A stretch of DNA of 47,939 nucleotides from an uncultured Oscillospiraceae bacterium (GCA_934527255.1 CAKTAM010000001.1:1-47939); one strand, 5' to 3'; positions 35,607-45,428 are shown, counted from the stretch's first letter. A program made the numbers and translations. Notes: a model not told the origin generated them from the letters alone.

Positions 35607-36332
35607 ATGAAGCTGTATATCATCCGCCACGCCGACCCTGATTATGCCGCCGATTCGCTGACGCCGCGCGGCTGGCAGGAGGCCCGCCTGCTGGCGCAGC
35701 GGCTGGCACGCATTCCGGCAGCGGGCTATTATGTTTCGCCGCTTGGCCGCGCACAGGCCACCGCCTCGCTTACCCTGCAGGCAGTGGGCGCGCAGGCGCA
35801 GACGCGGGACTGGCTGCGTGAATTTTCCGGCTGGACGGTGGACGAGGCAAGCGGCGAGCGGCGCATCCCGTGGGATTTTCTGCCCCAGCAGTGGACGCCT
35901 GACAAGCGCTATTATGACCGTGACCGTTGGGGCGGGCCACTGCTGCACCGCGGCACGGTGCGCCGGGAATACCGCCGTGTGTGCGCCGGGCTGGATGAGC
36001 TGCTGGCGGCGCACGGCTACCAGCGCAGCGGCCAGTGCTACCGCGCCGTGCGCCCCAATGAGGATACCGTTATGCTGTTTTGCCATTTTGGCGTCGAGTG
36101 TGTGCTGCTGTCGCATCTGTGCGGCATTTCGCCAATGGTGCTGTGGCATCAGTTTGTAGCGCTGCCCAGCTCGGTGACGGTGCTGGCGACCGAGGAACGC
36201 CGCCCGGGCGTTGCCCTGTGGCGGCTGCAGCGCTTCGGCGACCTGTCGCATCTGGATGCGGCCGGGCAGGAGCCTTCGTTTGCCGCGCGCTTCTGCGAAA
36301 CGTTTGCCAACACGCAGCAGCGGCATGATTGA
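35607..36332 (+). CDS. histidine phosphatase (phosphoglycerate mutase) family protein
   Basis: N-terminal LYIIRHADP...LTPRG (RHG-type motif) and a later H in the FCHFGV region; AAGGGAG RBS. Confidence 0.85.
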   Translation: MKLYIIRHADPDYAADSLTPRGWQEARLLAQRLARIPAAGYYVSPLGRAQATASLTLQAVGAQAQTRDWLREFSGWTVDEASGERRIPWDFLPQQWTPDKRYYDRDRWGGPLLHRGTVRREYRRVCAGLDELLAAHGYQRSGQCYRAVRPNEDTVMLFCHFGVECVLLSHLCGISPMVLWHQFVALPSSVTVLATEERRPGVALWRLQRFGDLSHLDAAGQEPSFAARFCETFANTQQRHD

Positions 36333-36438
36333 ATACCACAAAGCTCCGAAAAGTTGAATACATTGAAATTATTTCAAAATGTAAATTACGGGCAGACAAA
36401 AACCGTCCAAAAGCAGCGCCTTTGGATGGTCGGTGGGC

Positions 36439-37029
36439 TTACGCAATGCCCTTGACAAAAATTTCAATGCCGATGGCGATCAGGATGCAGCCGCCGACAA
36501 TGGTGGCACGCCCTGTAAATCGCGTGCCGAACTTTTTGCCGATGTGCAGTCCGGCCATGCAGATGGCAAAGGTGACAGCGGCAATGATCAGCGAACATAC
36601 CAGCGCCGTCAGCCAGCCATATTCGGCAATGGTGAACCCGACGGAAAGCGCATCAATAGAGGTGGCCACACCCTGTACGAACAGCGAACCGGCCCCGGTG
36701 CGGGCCGCAGGTGCTTCTTCGCTGTCGTTGGGACAGCGAAGCCCCTCCAGCAGCATTTTGCCGCCGATGAACACCAGCAGCACCAGCGCGATCCACGGTA
36801 TGCAGCCCGAAAACGCCTGAAAGTACTCGGCAATGGTGTGCACACACAGCCAGCCGGTCATGGGCATCAGTGCCTGAAAGCTGCCAAAGACACCTGCGAT
36901 GCCGGCCATGCGCCTTGGCGTCATCTGCGGCTCGTGCAGGCCGTTGGCCAGCGAGACGGAAAAGGCATCCATTGCCAGGCCGACGCCCAGCAGAATGCTG
37001 TTGAGGAAAAACGCGAAATCCCAGTTCAT
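36439..37029 (-). CDS. mntP: manganese efflux pump MntP
   Basis: Duplicated DUF204 repeats (LAMDAFSVSLANG / TSIDALSVGFT), six TM segments. Start at MNWDF with an AGGAGG RBS. Preceded by a yybP-ykoY riboswitch. Confidence 0.92.
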   Translation of the reverse strand: MNWDFAFFLNSILLGVGLAMDAFSVSLANGLHEPQMTPRRMAGIAGVFGSFQALMPMTGWLCVHTIAEYFQAFSGCIPWIALVLLVFIGGKMLLEGLRCPNDSEEAPAARTGAGSLFVQGVATSIDALSVGFTIAEYGWLTALVCSLIIAAVTFAICMAGLHIGKKFGTRFTGRATIVGGCILIAIGIEIFVKGIA

Positions 37030-37084
37030 AAGGAACCTCCTGTTGGCTGCCTCTGGGCAGGCCGTTGGCAGACTGCATAATAAA

Positions 37085-37270
37085 AAACCAGGTGCGGCAC
37101 AAGGCCGTACCTGGGTCGCGACAAAAAAACGCGAAACGCCATGTACACCCTGAACAGTGGTACATGAGTCTCGCAATTGAAAACAAGCCAGGCGCGCAGA
37201 AAACTGCCTGCGCCGCCAGTATGTTGACTTGCTACGCGCCGACGGCGCGCTCACTACTCCCTCATAAATC
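37085..37270 (-). promoter_or_regulatory. yybP-ykoY (Mn2+) riboswitch with terminator-type expression platform
   Basis: Minus strand contains UAUGAGGGAGUAG...GUCAACAUAC...GGCUUGUUUUCAAUUGCGAGACUCAUG, i.e. the conserved GGGAGUAG and GCGAGAC halves with AUGAG/CUCAU as P1. Downstream are CAUGUAC/GUACAUG and CCAGGU.../...ACCUGG+U6 hairpins. It lies upstream of mntP. Confidence 0.8.
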
Positions 37271-37281
37271 CGGTATTCGCT

Positions 37282-37310
37282 CATTATAACGGGAAAATCG
37301 CCTGCTGTCA
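37282..37310 (-). promoter_or_regulatory. consensus sigma70 promoter of the riboswitch-mntP unit
   Basis: Minus strand reads TTGACA-17 nt-TATAAT. Confidence 0.6.
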
Positions 37311-37524
37311 ATGGCTCGCGCGCACTTTATACACACTTTTTGGACGAAAAGGCATTTTTATCCGCATGGCCGTGAAACACGCGCGGGTAGGGACCTTTCA
37401 ACGGTGAAAAATAGGCCGGAAAGCTTGCAAACGGGGTCGTTTTTTGCTATAGTGTGGGGTGCTTGCCCGGCGTTGCGCAGCCGACGCTCGGGGCGGAACC
37501 TGAACGGAAGGAGAAAACCGGCCT

Positions 37525-39618
37525 ATGACAGTGCGGACGGCATCGAAAAAGAACATAGAAAAGAAGAACAGTGCCTGGCGGCAGGCCGCGGAACTGGTCG
37601 GTTTTGGCCTGCTTCTGGCGCTGCTGGTAGAGGGCTTTTGCCGCCGCAGCCCGGCGGCTGCCATTGCGCTGCTCTGGCGGCAGCCACTGATTGTTGTGTA
37701 CAGCTGGCTGGTGTTGACGGCGTGGCTGTCGCTTTCGCTGCTGGCCGCCCGGCGCAGCTTTGCCCTTGCGGCGTTGTCGGCGGTCTGGCTGGGGCTTGCC
37801 ATTGCGGATTGCGTGCTGCTGGGTTTTCGGGTGACGCCGCTGTCTGCGGTCGATTTTACGCTGCTGCAATCGGTCGGCAAAATTTTCACCGTCTATCTGG
37901 AGCCGGGCGAGATCGCCGCCATCGTATTGGGTGCGGCAGTTGCGGTGGCGCTGCTGGTGCTGGCGTGGCGAAAAAGCGTGCGGCGGCCGGTGCATTGGAA
38001 GGCCGCGCTGCTGACGGTAAGCGGCTTGTTTGCACTGGCGGCGGGCTGTACCGTGCTCTTCATCCAGCAGGGCGTGCTGGCGACTACCTTTGCCAACCTG
38101 TCGGAGGATTATAAGGACAACGGCTTTGTCTATTGTTTTGGCCGCAGCCTGTTTGACCGCGGCATTGACCGCCCGGCCGATTATTCGCCCCAGACGGTGA
38201 AGGATGTGCTTGAGGATCTTCGGCAGGCCGAAAAGCGCGGCCGGGCACCGACGCCCAACGCCGGGGTGAACGTGGTGTTTGTACAGCTGGAATCGTTTTT
38301 TGATGTCAACCATCTGGAGGGTGTCGCTTATTCCCAGCCGCCGACGCCGGTGTTTTCCGCTCTGAAAACGACCTGCTCGACCGGGTATCTGACGGTGCCG
38401 TCCGTTGGGGCCGGTACCGCCAACACCGAGTTTGAGGTGCTGTCCGGCATGAACCTGGACTATTTCGGCACGGGGGAATATCCGTATAAGACCGTTCTGC
38501 AAAGCACCGCGTGCGAATCTGTCTGCTACGACCTGAAGAAATACGGCTATACAGCCCACGCCATTCACAACAATAACGCAACGTTCTATGACAGATACGG
38601 CGTGTTCCCCAACCTGGGCTTTGACACCTTTACCTCGCTGGAGTTCATGCAGGGCGTGTCGTTCAACCGACAGGGCTGGGCCTGCGACGATGTGCTGACC
38701 GGTGCCATTCTGGACGCGCTGGCCTCGACCGACGGACCGGATGTGGTCTATACCATTTCGGTGCAGCCGCACGGCAAATATCCGCGCGAGGCGCCGGAGC
38801 AGCCGTATCCCATCACGGTGACGGGGCTGGAGGATCAGGGGCTGACCTGGGCATTTGAATATTATCTCAGCCAGCTGCATGCGACGGATGCCTTTTTGGG
38901 CGAGCTGGTGCGGCAGCTGTCCGAATGGGAGGAGCCGGTCGTTCTGGTGGCGTTCGGCGACCATCTGCCCAATTTTGATATTGAGGATGCCGACCTGAAA
39001 AATGCGGATATCTTTCAGACGGAATATATTCTGTGGAGCAATTACGGCCTGAAAAAGCAGGACAGGGACGTGTTTGCCTATCAGCTGTCAGCACTGGTGC
39101 AAAAACGGCTTTCCATGAACAGCGGTGTGATGACAAGGCTGCACCAGAATTTTGCAGGGACGGCAAATTATCAAACCATGCTGAAGCTGATGGAATATGA
39201 TATTCTGTACGGCGACCGGCTGGCATACGGCGGCACCACGCCCTACCGGCCGACGACGATGCAGATGGGGCTGCACGCGGTGAGTATTGATGCAGCCGTG
39301 CGTCAGCCGGATTCTATCGTGGTGCGCGGCCGGTATTTTACGCCGTACAGCGTGGTTTACGTCAACGGTGAAGCCGTGCATACCGAACTGCTGGATGGCA
39401 CGCACCTGCGCATTCCGGCAAGGGCGGCCGTACCGGGCGACGTGCTGTGTGTGGTGCAGCGCGCCCCCAACCTGACAGAGCTGGCGCGTTCGCAGCAGCT
39501 GGTGTGGACGCCGCCGCAGGTGACCTTGCCGGAAAAACTGTCAAACGAGGAAGCCGGTGCCGGTGCGGCAGCAGAAAGCCGCACCCACACACAAACGGGA
39601 GAAGATACAAATGGGTGA
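37525..39618 (+). CDS. LTA synthase family protein (membrane-anchored sulfatase-fold phosphoglycerol/alkaline-phosphatase superfamily enzyme)
   Basis: Five N-terminal TM segments, then NVVFVQLESFFD, TANTEFEVLSG and AFGDHLP (LtaS/sulfatase motifs), plus an extra ~100-aa C-terminal domain. Confidence 0.88.
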   Translation: MTVRTASKKNIEKKNSAWRQAAELVGFGLLLALLVEGFCRRSPAAAIALLWRQPLIVVYSWLVLTAWLSLSLLAARRSFALAALSAVWLGLAIADCVLLGFRVTPLSAVDFTLLQSVGKIFTVYLEPGEIAAIVLGAAVAVALLVLAWRKSVRRPVHWKAALLTVSGLFALAAGCTVLFIQQGVLATTFANLSEDYKDNGFVYCFGRSLFDRGIDRPADYSPQTVKDVLEDLRQAEKRGRAPTPNAGVNVVFVQLESFFDVNHLEGVAYSQPPTPVFSALKTTCSTGYLTVPSVGAGTANTEFEVLSGMNLDYFGTGEYPYKTVLQSTACESVCYDLKKYGYTAHAIHNNNATFYDRYGVFPNLGFDTFTSLEFMQGVSFNRQGWACDDVLTGAILDALASTDGPDVVYTISVQPHGKYPREAPEQPYPITVTGLEDQGLTWAFEYYLSQLHATDAFLGELVRQLSEWEEPVVLVAFGDHLPNFDIEDADLKNADIFQTEYILWSNYGLKKQDRDVFAYQLSALVQKRLSMNSGVMTRLHQNFAGTANYQTMLKLMEYDILYGDRLAYGGTTPYRPTTMQMGLHAVSIDAAVRQPDSIVVRGRYFTPYSVVYVNGEAVHTELLDGTHLRIPARAAVPGDVLCVVQRAPNLTELARSQQLVWTPPQVTLPEKLSNEEAGAGAAAESRTHTQTGEDTNG

Positions 39619-40270
39619 GCTGTTCAGTGCATTGGAGCTTTTGGGAACGGTGGCGTTTGCCGTATCCGGTGCGATGGTGGCCATTGACCGCCATGCCGAT
39701 GTGTTCGGGGTGGTGTTTCTTGGTATGACCACCGCCATTGGCGGCGGCATTGTGCGTGACGGGCTGCTGGGCTGCTTTCCGGCGGCTATTTTTTCCAACC
39801 GCGTCACGCTGTGCACAGCAGCGGTGTGCCCTCTGCTGGTCTTTGTGGTGGCATGGCTGACCGGTGACGGGTACGAGCGCCGTAAGGGCATGGTGGATAT
39901 GGTGAACAACCTGTTTGACGCGCTGGGACTGGGTGCGTTTACCGTGACGGGTGTTCGCATGGGGCTGTCGGCCGGGTATGGCGGCAAGTGGTTCTTTCTG
40001 GTGTTTCTGGGGCTGGTCACCGGCATTGGCGGCGGCCTGCTGCGCGATGTGATGACCAATTCCACCCCGTTTGTGCTGAAAAAACGGGTATATGCGCTGG
40101 CCAGCATCGGCGGCGCGGTGGCGTATCTGCTGCTGTGTGCACAGGGCCTGAACGAAACGCTGGCAGGTATGCTGACGGTGCTGTTGGTATTTGCCGTGCG
40201 TATGCTGGCGACGGTGTTTCACTGGAACCTGCCGCGCATTGAGCCCGGCAGCGCAAACGCCGGCCGCTGA
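39611..40270 (+). CDS. trimeric intracellular cation channel (TRIC/UPF0126, YadS-like) family protein
   Basis: Duplicated glycine-rich motifs (GMTTAIGGGIVRD and GLVTGIGGGLLRD) and seven TM segments. The ATG overlaps the stop of the upstream gene (ATGGGTGA). Confidence 0.88.
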   Translation: MGELFSALELLGTVAFAVSGAMVAIDRHADVFGVVFLGMTTAIGGGIVRDGLLGCFPAAIFSNRVTLCTAAVCPLLVFVVAWLTGDGYERRKGMVDMVNNLFDALGLGAFTVTGVRMGLSAGYGGKWFFLVFLGLVTGIGGGLLRDVMTNSTPFVLKKRVYALASIGGAVAYLLLCAQGLNETLAGMLTVLLVFAVRMLATVFHWNLPRIEPGSANAGR

Positions 40271-40352
40271 CGCGGCGGCGGGGCCGCGCATACCGTGCTC
40301 ACGTCGGCCCTGGCTGACCACGCCGAAGAAGCCGCACTTAAAGCGGCAGAAC

Positions 40353-40402
40353 AAAAAACAAGCGCCGAACGCTGCCCTGTTTTGCAGCGTTCGGCGCTTT
40401 TG
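40353..40402. terminator. bidirectional terminator
   Basis: 16-bp stem AAGCGCCGAACGCTGC/GCAGCGTTCGGCGCTT, flanked by A6 and T3-4. Confidence 0.7.
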
Positions 40403-40423
40403 CCGTGTGGGGAAAGTGACCGC

Positions 40424-40894
40424 TCAAATGCCTGCCACCTTGCAGGCGCGAAGAATGGTGGTGTAAAAATCAAACAGCTCGCGCGGGATGATGGCGGTGT
40501 TGCGGCTGGCGATGGTGTGAGCGCGGCGCATCAGGTCATAGTCGCCGCGGGGATGGCGTTTTTCCTGTCGCATCGATACCAGCCCGGCGCAGATGCGCCG
40601 CAGCCCGGCCTCGGTCGGCTGCTTGATGAAGCGCGTCAGCGGCTTGTGCAGCGGGGCTACCACGCCGTTGATGCCCCGCACCCACAGTGAAACGCCCCAC
40701 ACAAACAGCACCAGCATCCCGGCCAGGTACGCCCATGTGGCGGCGACCGACAGCCGGTCGATCACCCGGTCTAACAGCAGCAGGGGGGCCAGCAGCGGCA
40801 CCCAGCAGTACAGGCAGCGCGCAAGGCTCCACCATTTATAAAGCCGGACGCGCTTGACCAGCGCCTGAAATTCCGGTTCATTATAAATTGACAT
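40424..40894 (-). CDS. hypothetical membrane protein (two TM segments + cytoplasmic C-terminal region)
   Basis: GGAAGGAG RBS. Two hydrophobic helices (aa ~22-41 and ~52-72). No family recognised. Confidence 0.65.
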   Translation of the reverse strand: MSIYNEPEFQALVKRVRLYKWWSLARCLYCWVPLLAPLLLLDRVIDRLSVAATWAYLAGMLVLFVWGVSLWVRGINGVVAPLHKPLTRFIKQPTEAGLRRICAGLVSMRQEKRHPRGDYDLMRRAHTIASRNTAIIPRELFDFYTTILRACKVAGI

Positions 40895-41030
40895 AACAGC
40901 AAGGCTCCTTCCGACAAAGGCGGCTGCCGAACGGCGGCCGCCGTGTTCTTCCGCAAAAAAGTATATCGCATTTTGCCGCCAGGGTCAATGCGGCCGGGTC
41001 GAATTTACAAAATGGACACACCCGATCGCT

Positions 41031-42290
41031 TTATTGGCCGCCCTGCGGCGGAGGGGGCACCGGGCTTTCTTTACGCAGAAACGGCAGGCGGTAATCTGTG
41101 CCGCAGGGGGCAGGCCGTCGGCGGCACAGGGCGGTCAGGTCACTCAGGGCGGCCTCGGCTGCGGCGGCCTCGGCACAGTCACCGCCCAGCCGCTGCAGTG
41201 CTGCCAGCGAGGCGCTTACGGGGATGGGTGCGCCGGGCGTCAGCTTGCCCAGCGCCTGCTGCCCGGCCGCAGTCGCGCCCAGCACCCGCAGATAGGGCAG
41301 GCCGCACCGGCGGCAGAAGGCCCCGGCCGAGGCGGGCTGGGGCAGCTGCGGCAGCCGCTGCCAGCCCAGCACGGCCGCCAGCACCAGCCGACGAATGCGG
41401 GCGTGGGTATAGCGTTTGCTTTTGATGCGGCGGTATACTTCCTCCAGTGTGACGCATTCCCGTGCGGCGGTGTACAGCAGGGCGTCCAGTCCCTCGCTCA
41501 AATCGGGCAGGGCGGCCAGCTGTTCGCGCGTGCGGCTGCGCAGCAGCGCCAGCGCGGCGCATTCCCAGCGGGCGGCATCCAGCACAAGACCATCCGCCTC
41601 CGCCTGCCGGTACAGGGCAAACGCCGCCTGCGGCACATACGGCTGCCATGCTGTCACCGGCCGGGCGCGCAGCCAACCGGCGCTGGCAATGCCGCCGTCG
41701 GGCGCACCGTCGTGCGCCGCGCCGCAGCGCGGCAGCGCCAGCGGCTGCGGCCGCCGCGCAAACCATTCCTGCGGAAGCCCTTGCAGCGCCAGCAGATATT
41801 CTATTGCCAGAATGTTGTTGGGCTGTGCCAGCAGTGCGGCCGCGCCGGGGCACAGGGCCTCGGCGGCGGCGCTGCGTGCGGCATAAAAGGGCATGCCCTG
41901 CTGCAGCCCGGCCTTCAGCAGCGGCGGAAAATCATTGCTGCACAGGGCGCGGCAGACGGCCTGCAGCCGCGGCAGCTCGGCGTTTTCTGCACCAAAGGCC
42001 AGTGTGTGCGCCCCGCAGGCGGCCGCGGCGGCGACCCCGGCTGCGGCAAACGGCTGGGCTGCGGCGGCCGCCGCCCGGCAGGGCAGCTCGATCACCAGGT
42101 CAATGCCGCAGCACAGCGCCGCACGGGCACGCACCTCCTTTGGCAGCAGCGCCGGAACGCCGCGCTGCACGGCGTTACCGCTCATTACGGCGATCACGGC
42201 GTCAAAGCCGTTGTCATGCAGCTGGCGGGCCATGCGGGCGTGCCCGTTGTGAAAAGGGTTGTATTCGGCGATGATGCAGGCGGTCTTCAT
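41031..42290 (-). CDS. tmcAL: tRNA(Met) cytidine acetate ligase (UPF0348/YlbM nucleotidyltransferase)
   Basis: MKTACIIAEYNPFHNGHARM...AVMSGNAVQRG.PALL...DLVIELP is the TmcAL HxGH-type signature. Start at MKTAC with a GGGAGAA RBS. Confidence 0.88.
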   Translation of the reverse strand: MKTACIIAEYNPFHNGHARMARQLHDNGFDAVIAVMSGNAVQRGVPALLPKEVRARAALCCGIDLVIELPCRAAAAAAQPFAAAGVAAAAACGAHTLAFGAENAELPRLQAVCRALCSNDFPPLLKAGLQQGMPFYAARSAAAEALCPGAAALLAQPNNILAIEYLLALQGLPQEWFARRPQPLALPRCGAAHDGAPDGGIASAGWLRARPVTAWQPYVPQAAFALYRQAEADGLVLDAARWECAALALLRSRTREQLAALPDLSEGLDALLYTAARECVTLEEVYRRIKSKRYTHARIRRLVLAAVLGWQRLPQLPQPASAGAFCRRCGLPYLRVLGATAAGQQALGKLTPGAPIPVSASLAALQRLGGDCAEAAAAEAALSDLTALCRRRPAPCGTDYRLPFLRKESPVPPPPQGGQ

Positions 42291-42450
42291 GTGTGTGTTC
42301 TCCCGGCGGGCGGCAGGCTTTCGGCGGCAGACGGGGCGCATTGATGCAAATTGCGCCGGACTTTGCGGCGAAACCCTTGAAATTTTCCGTTTCCTATACT
42401 ATACTACAATTTGGACAAATTACAAAGTCTGACGGGAGGTTTTTTTCGAA

Positions 42451-43650
42451 ATGAAGGTTCTGGTTATCAACTGCGGTTCCTCGTCGCTGAAATATCAGCT
42501 GATCGATATGGATACCGAAAAGGCACTGTGCAAGGGTCTGTGCGAGCGTATCGGTATGGACGGCAGCAAAATCACCCACAAGGCCAACGGCGGCAAGTGG
42601 GAGGTGGAGACACCCTTCCCCTCGCACACCGAAGCGTTTGCCAAGGTCGTTGAAATGATGACCACCGGCGAGGGCAAGGTGATCGACGATGTCAGCGAGA
42701 TCAACGCCATCGGTCACCGCGGCGTGCACGGCGGCGAAAAGTTCCGCGAAAGCTGCCTTGTCACCGATGAGGTCATTAAGGTGTATGAGGAGCTCAGCCC
42801 CTTGGCGCCTCTGCACAACCCGGCCGGTGTGCTGGGCCTGCGTGCGGCCCGTCAGGTGTTTGGCGAGGCCATGCCCAACGTCATTGTGTTTGACACGGCG
42901 TTCCATGCCACTATGCCCCCCAAGGCGTATATGTATGCGCTGCCCTATGAATATTACGAAAAGTACGGCGTGCGCCGCTATGGCTTCCACGGCACCTCGC
43001 ACCGCTATGTCAGCCTGACGGCCGCCCAGTACCTGGGCAAAAAGCCGGAGGAGCTGAAAATGGTCACCTGCCATCTGGGCAACGGCTCCTCCATCACCGC
43101 TGTGGACGGCGGCAAGGTGCTGGATACCAGCATGGGCATGACCCCGCTGCCGGGCCTGATCATGGGCACCCGCTGCGGCGACATCGATCCCTCGATCCCC
43201 GGCTACATCATGAACCGCACCGGCATGTCTGCGGCGGATTTTGACGTGGTGATGAATAAGAAATCCGGTCTGGAGGGCGTCTCCGGCGTTTCCAGCGACA
43301 AGCGCGACATTGAGAACGCTTCCGCCGCAGGCAACAAGCGCGCCAAGCTGGCCAGCGACATGCTCAATTACCAGATCAAGAAGTTTATCGGCGGCTATGC
43401 GGCGGCCATGGGCGGGCTGGACTGTGTTGTCTTTACCGGCGGCATTGGCGAAAACGATGACTATGTGCGCAGCGAGGTCTGCAAGAACATGGAGTTCCTG
43501 GGCATTGCCATCGACCCGGAAAAGAACAGCGTCCGCGGCAAGGACATCAACGACATTACGGCCGAGGGCGGCCGCGTCAAGGTGCTGGTCGTCTGCACCG
43601 ACGAAGAGCTGATGATCGCCCGCGACACCAAGGCCATTGTGGAGGGCTGA
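42451..43650 (+). CDS. ackA: acetate kinase
   Basis: MKVLVINCGSSSLKYQL, GHRGVHGG, FDTAFH, YGFHGTSH, VFTGGIGEN. Confidence 0.96.
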   Translation: MKVLVINCGSSSLKYQLIDMDTEKALCKGLCERIGMDGSKITHKANGGKWEVETPFPSHTEAFAKVVEMMTTGEGKVIDDVSEINAIGHRGVHGGEKFRESCLVTDEVIKVYEELSPLAPLHNPAGVLGLRAARQVFGEAMPNVIVFDTAFHATMPPKAYMYALPYEYYEKYGVRRYGFHGTSHRYVSLTAAQYLGKKPEELKMVTCHLGNGSSITAVDGGKVLDTSMGMTPLPGLIMGTRCGDIDPSIPGYIMNRTGMSAADFDVVMNKKSGLEGVSGVSSDKRDIENASAAGNKRAKLASDMLNYQIKKFIGGYAAAMGGLDCVVFTGGIGENDDYVRSEVCKNMEFLGIAIDPEKNSVRGKDINDITAEGGRVKVLVVCTDEELMIARDTKAIVEG

Positions 43651-43666
43651 TCTCCCGGTATTTCCC

Positions 43667-43708
43667 GCAGCGGGCGTCCGTTTGGATGCCCGCTGCTTTG
43701 CGTTTTGC
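43667..43708 (+). terminator. rho-independent terminator of ackA
   Basis: GCAGCGGGC/GCCCGCTGC stem followed by TTTGCGTTTT. Confidence 0.6.
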
Positions 43709-43957
43709 GGCAAAAATGCGCGGCCGCAGGGCTTGGATGGTGTCTCCTGCGCGACGCGGGTCGTGCCGGCTTGCGGCGGAAAGGGCTGCTGTGCTGAAAG
43801 CGGCGGGGGAGAGGCGGCCATGGCGGCACCTTGGCCATGCATGGTGCCGATGTGGCCGAAAAAACGACTGCGGCCGCCGACCGGCTTTTAAAGACGGCAC
43901 ACGGAAAGCCGCCCAGGCCGTCCACAGGGGGAACAAGCCGCACAAAGGGGACAAACC

Positions 43958-44009
43958 AAGCAAGCGCCTCCCGCTGCCAATGAAAAATGGCGGCGGGAGG
44001 CGCTTGCTT
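43958..44009. other. very stable hairpin (~20 bp) in the ackA/AKR convergent spacer; orphan terminator or sRNA 3' end
   Basis: AAGCAAGCGCCTCCCGC(T)GCC / GGC(G)GCGGGAGGCGCTTGCTT with an 11-nt loop. Only short T tracts are present on either side. Confidence 0.4.
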
Positions 44010-44157
44010 TGAAAGAAAAAATGAGATGGCAGGGGCTTTGCAGGGCTGCGGGGCCGACAAAAAGCCGGGCGGGAAGCCCGCAATGCCTCGCCCCCCGGAA
44101 AAACGCAAGGGCCGGACGGAAAGTGCACAAGGCCCAAGGAGACAAACGGGGCGCGGT

Positions 44158-45303
44158 TCAGCAGCCGAACAGCTGCCGGGCCTGCTGCATGCGCTGCACC
44201 ACCGGCACATGGAACGGACAGCGGGTCTCGCAGCCGCCGCAGCCAAGACATGCATCAGCCGTATGCGAAAGCGCAGCGTAATGGTCGCGCACCGAGGCGG
44301 GCGTCTGCGGCTGCATGACGGCCAGATCCAGCAGCTTGTTGACCATGGCAATGTCAATTTCGGCCGGGCAGGGCTTGCAGTGGCCGCAGTAGGTGCACTG
44401 CCCGTTGAACGCGTGGCGCGGTGCCCCGGCCAGTACGCTGGCATAATCCTTCTGGGCGTCGGTGGCTGTTTCGTAGGCAACGGCCTCCTCCACCTGTTCG
44501 GGTGTGTCATACCCCACCAGTACGCTGGCGACCGCCGGGCGGGTAAGGGCATAGTGCAGGCACTGCACCGGGGTCAGCGCCGTGCCGAAGGGCGAGCTTT
44601 CCGCCGAAAACAGGCGGCCGCCCGCAAAGCCTTTCATGACGGTGATGCCAACGTCACACTGCTCACACAGGCGGTACAGCTCGGCACGCTCCGGCGCAAT
44701 GCCGCCCAGCGCTTCATCATACTCATCGGCAAAATAGCGGTCAACATCCTCCGTGGGGGGCAAAAGATCAAACGCAGGGTTGATGCTGAACAGCAGCATT
44801 TCGATTTCGCCGCTCAGCACGGCCAACCGGGCCACGGCGGGGTTGTGGGTGCTCAGCCCGATGTGACGGATGACGCCCTCCTGCTTCAGCTGTCGGGCGT
44901 AGGCCAGAAACGGCCCGTTGACGATCTGCTCCCATTCCAGCGGCGAATCCACATAATGGATCATGCCAAGGTCAATATAGTCGGTGCCAAGGCGTGCAAG
45001 CAGATCGGCAAAGGCGGCTTTGGTCTCGGGCAGGCTGCGGGTGCGCACATACTGGCCGTTCTGCCAGGTGGAGCCAAGGTGCCCCTGAATGATCCACCGC
45101 TCGCGCCGCCCGGCAATGGCGGCGCCGATGCTGCTGCGAACCTCGGGGCCGGGCATCCAGCAATCCAGAATGTTGATGCCGTTTTTCTCGCAGGTGTCGA
45201 TCACCGCACGGCATTCCTCTGCGGTGTGACGCTCCAGCCATTCGGCCCCCAACCCAATCTCGCTGACCATCAGGCCGGTTCTTCCAAGACGACGGTATTG
45301 CAT
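44158..45303 (-). CDS. aldo/keto reductase with C-terminal 4Fe-4S cluster-binding domain
   Basis: MQYRRLGRTGLMVSEIGLG (AKR N-terminus). C-terminal CTYCGHCKPCP and CLGCGGCETRCP ferredoxin-type Cys motifs. AGGAGG RBS at the ATG at 45303. Confidence 0.9.
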   Translation of the reverse strand: MQYRRLGRTGLMVSEIGLGAEWLERHTAEECRAVIDTCEKNGINILDCWMPGPEVRSSIGAAIAGRRERWIIQGHLGSTWQNGQYVRTRSLPETKAAFADLLARLGTDYIDLGMIHYVDSPLEWEQIVNGPFLAYARQLKQEGVIRHIGLSTHNPAVARLAVLSGEIEMLLFSINPAFDLLPPTEDVDRYFADEYDEALGGIAPERAELYRLCEQCDVGITVMKGFAGGRLFSAESSPFGTALTPVQCLHYALTRPAVASVLVGYDTPEQVEEAVAYETATDAQKDYASVLAGAPRHAFNGQCTYCGHCKPCPAEIDIAMVNKLLDLAVMQPQTPASVRDHYAALSHTADACLGCGGCETRCPFHVPVVQRMQQARQLFGC

Positions 45304-45428
45304 GAAAACCTCCTGTCCGAAAGTGCGGCGCACTTTCACTGTGTTGACTTTATTATAACAGTCCGGCCGGGCGCTTGTAAAGCTCGGCGGCCTGTGCTAT
45401 ACTCTGTGAAAAAAGGGAGGGGTATCGT

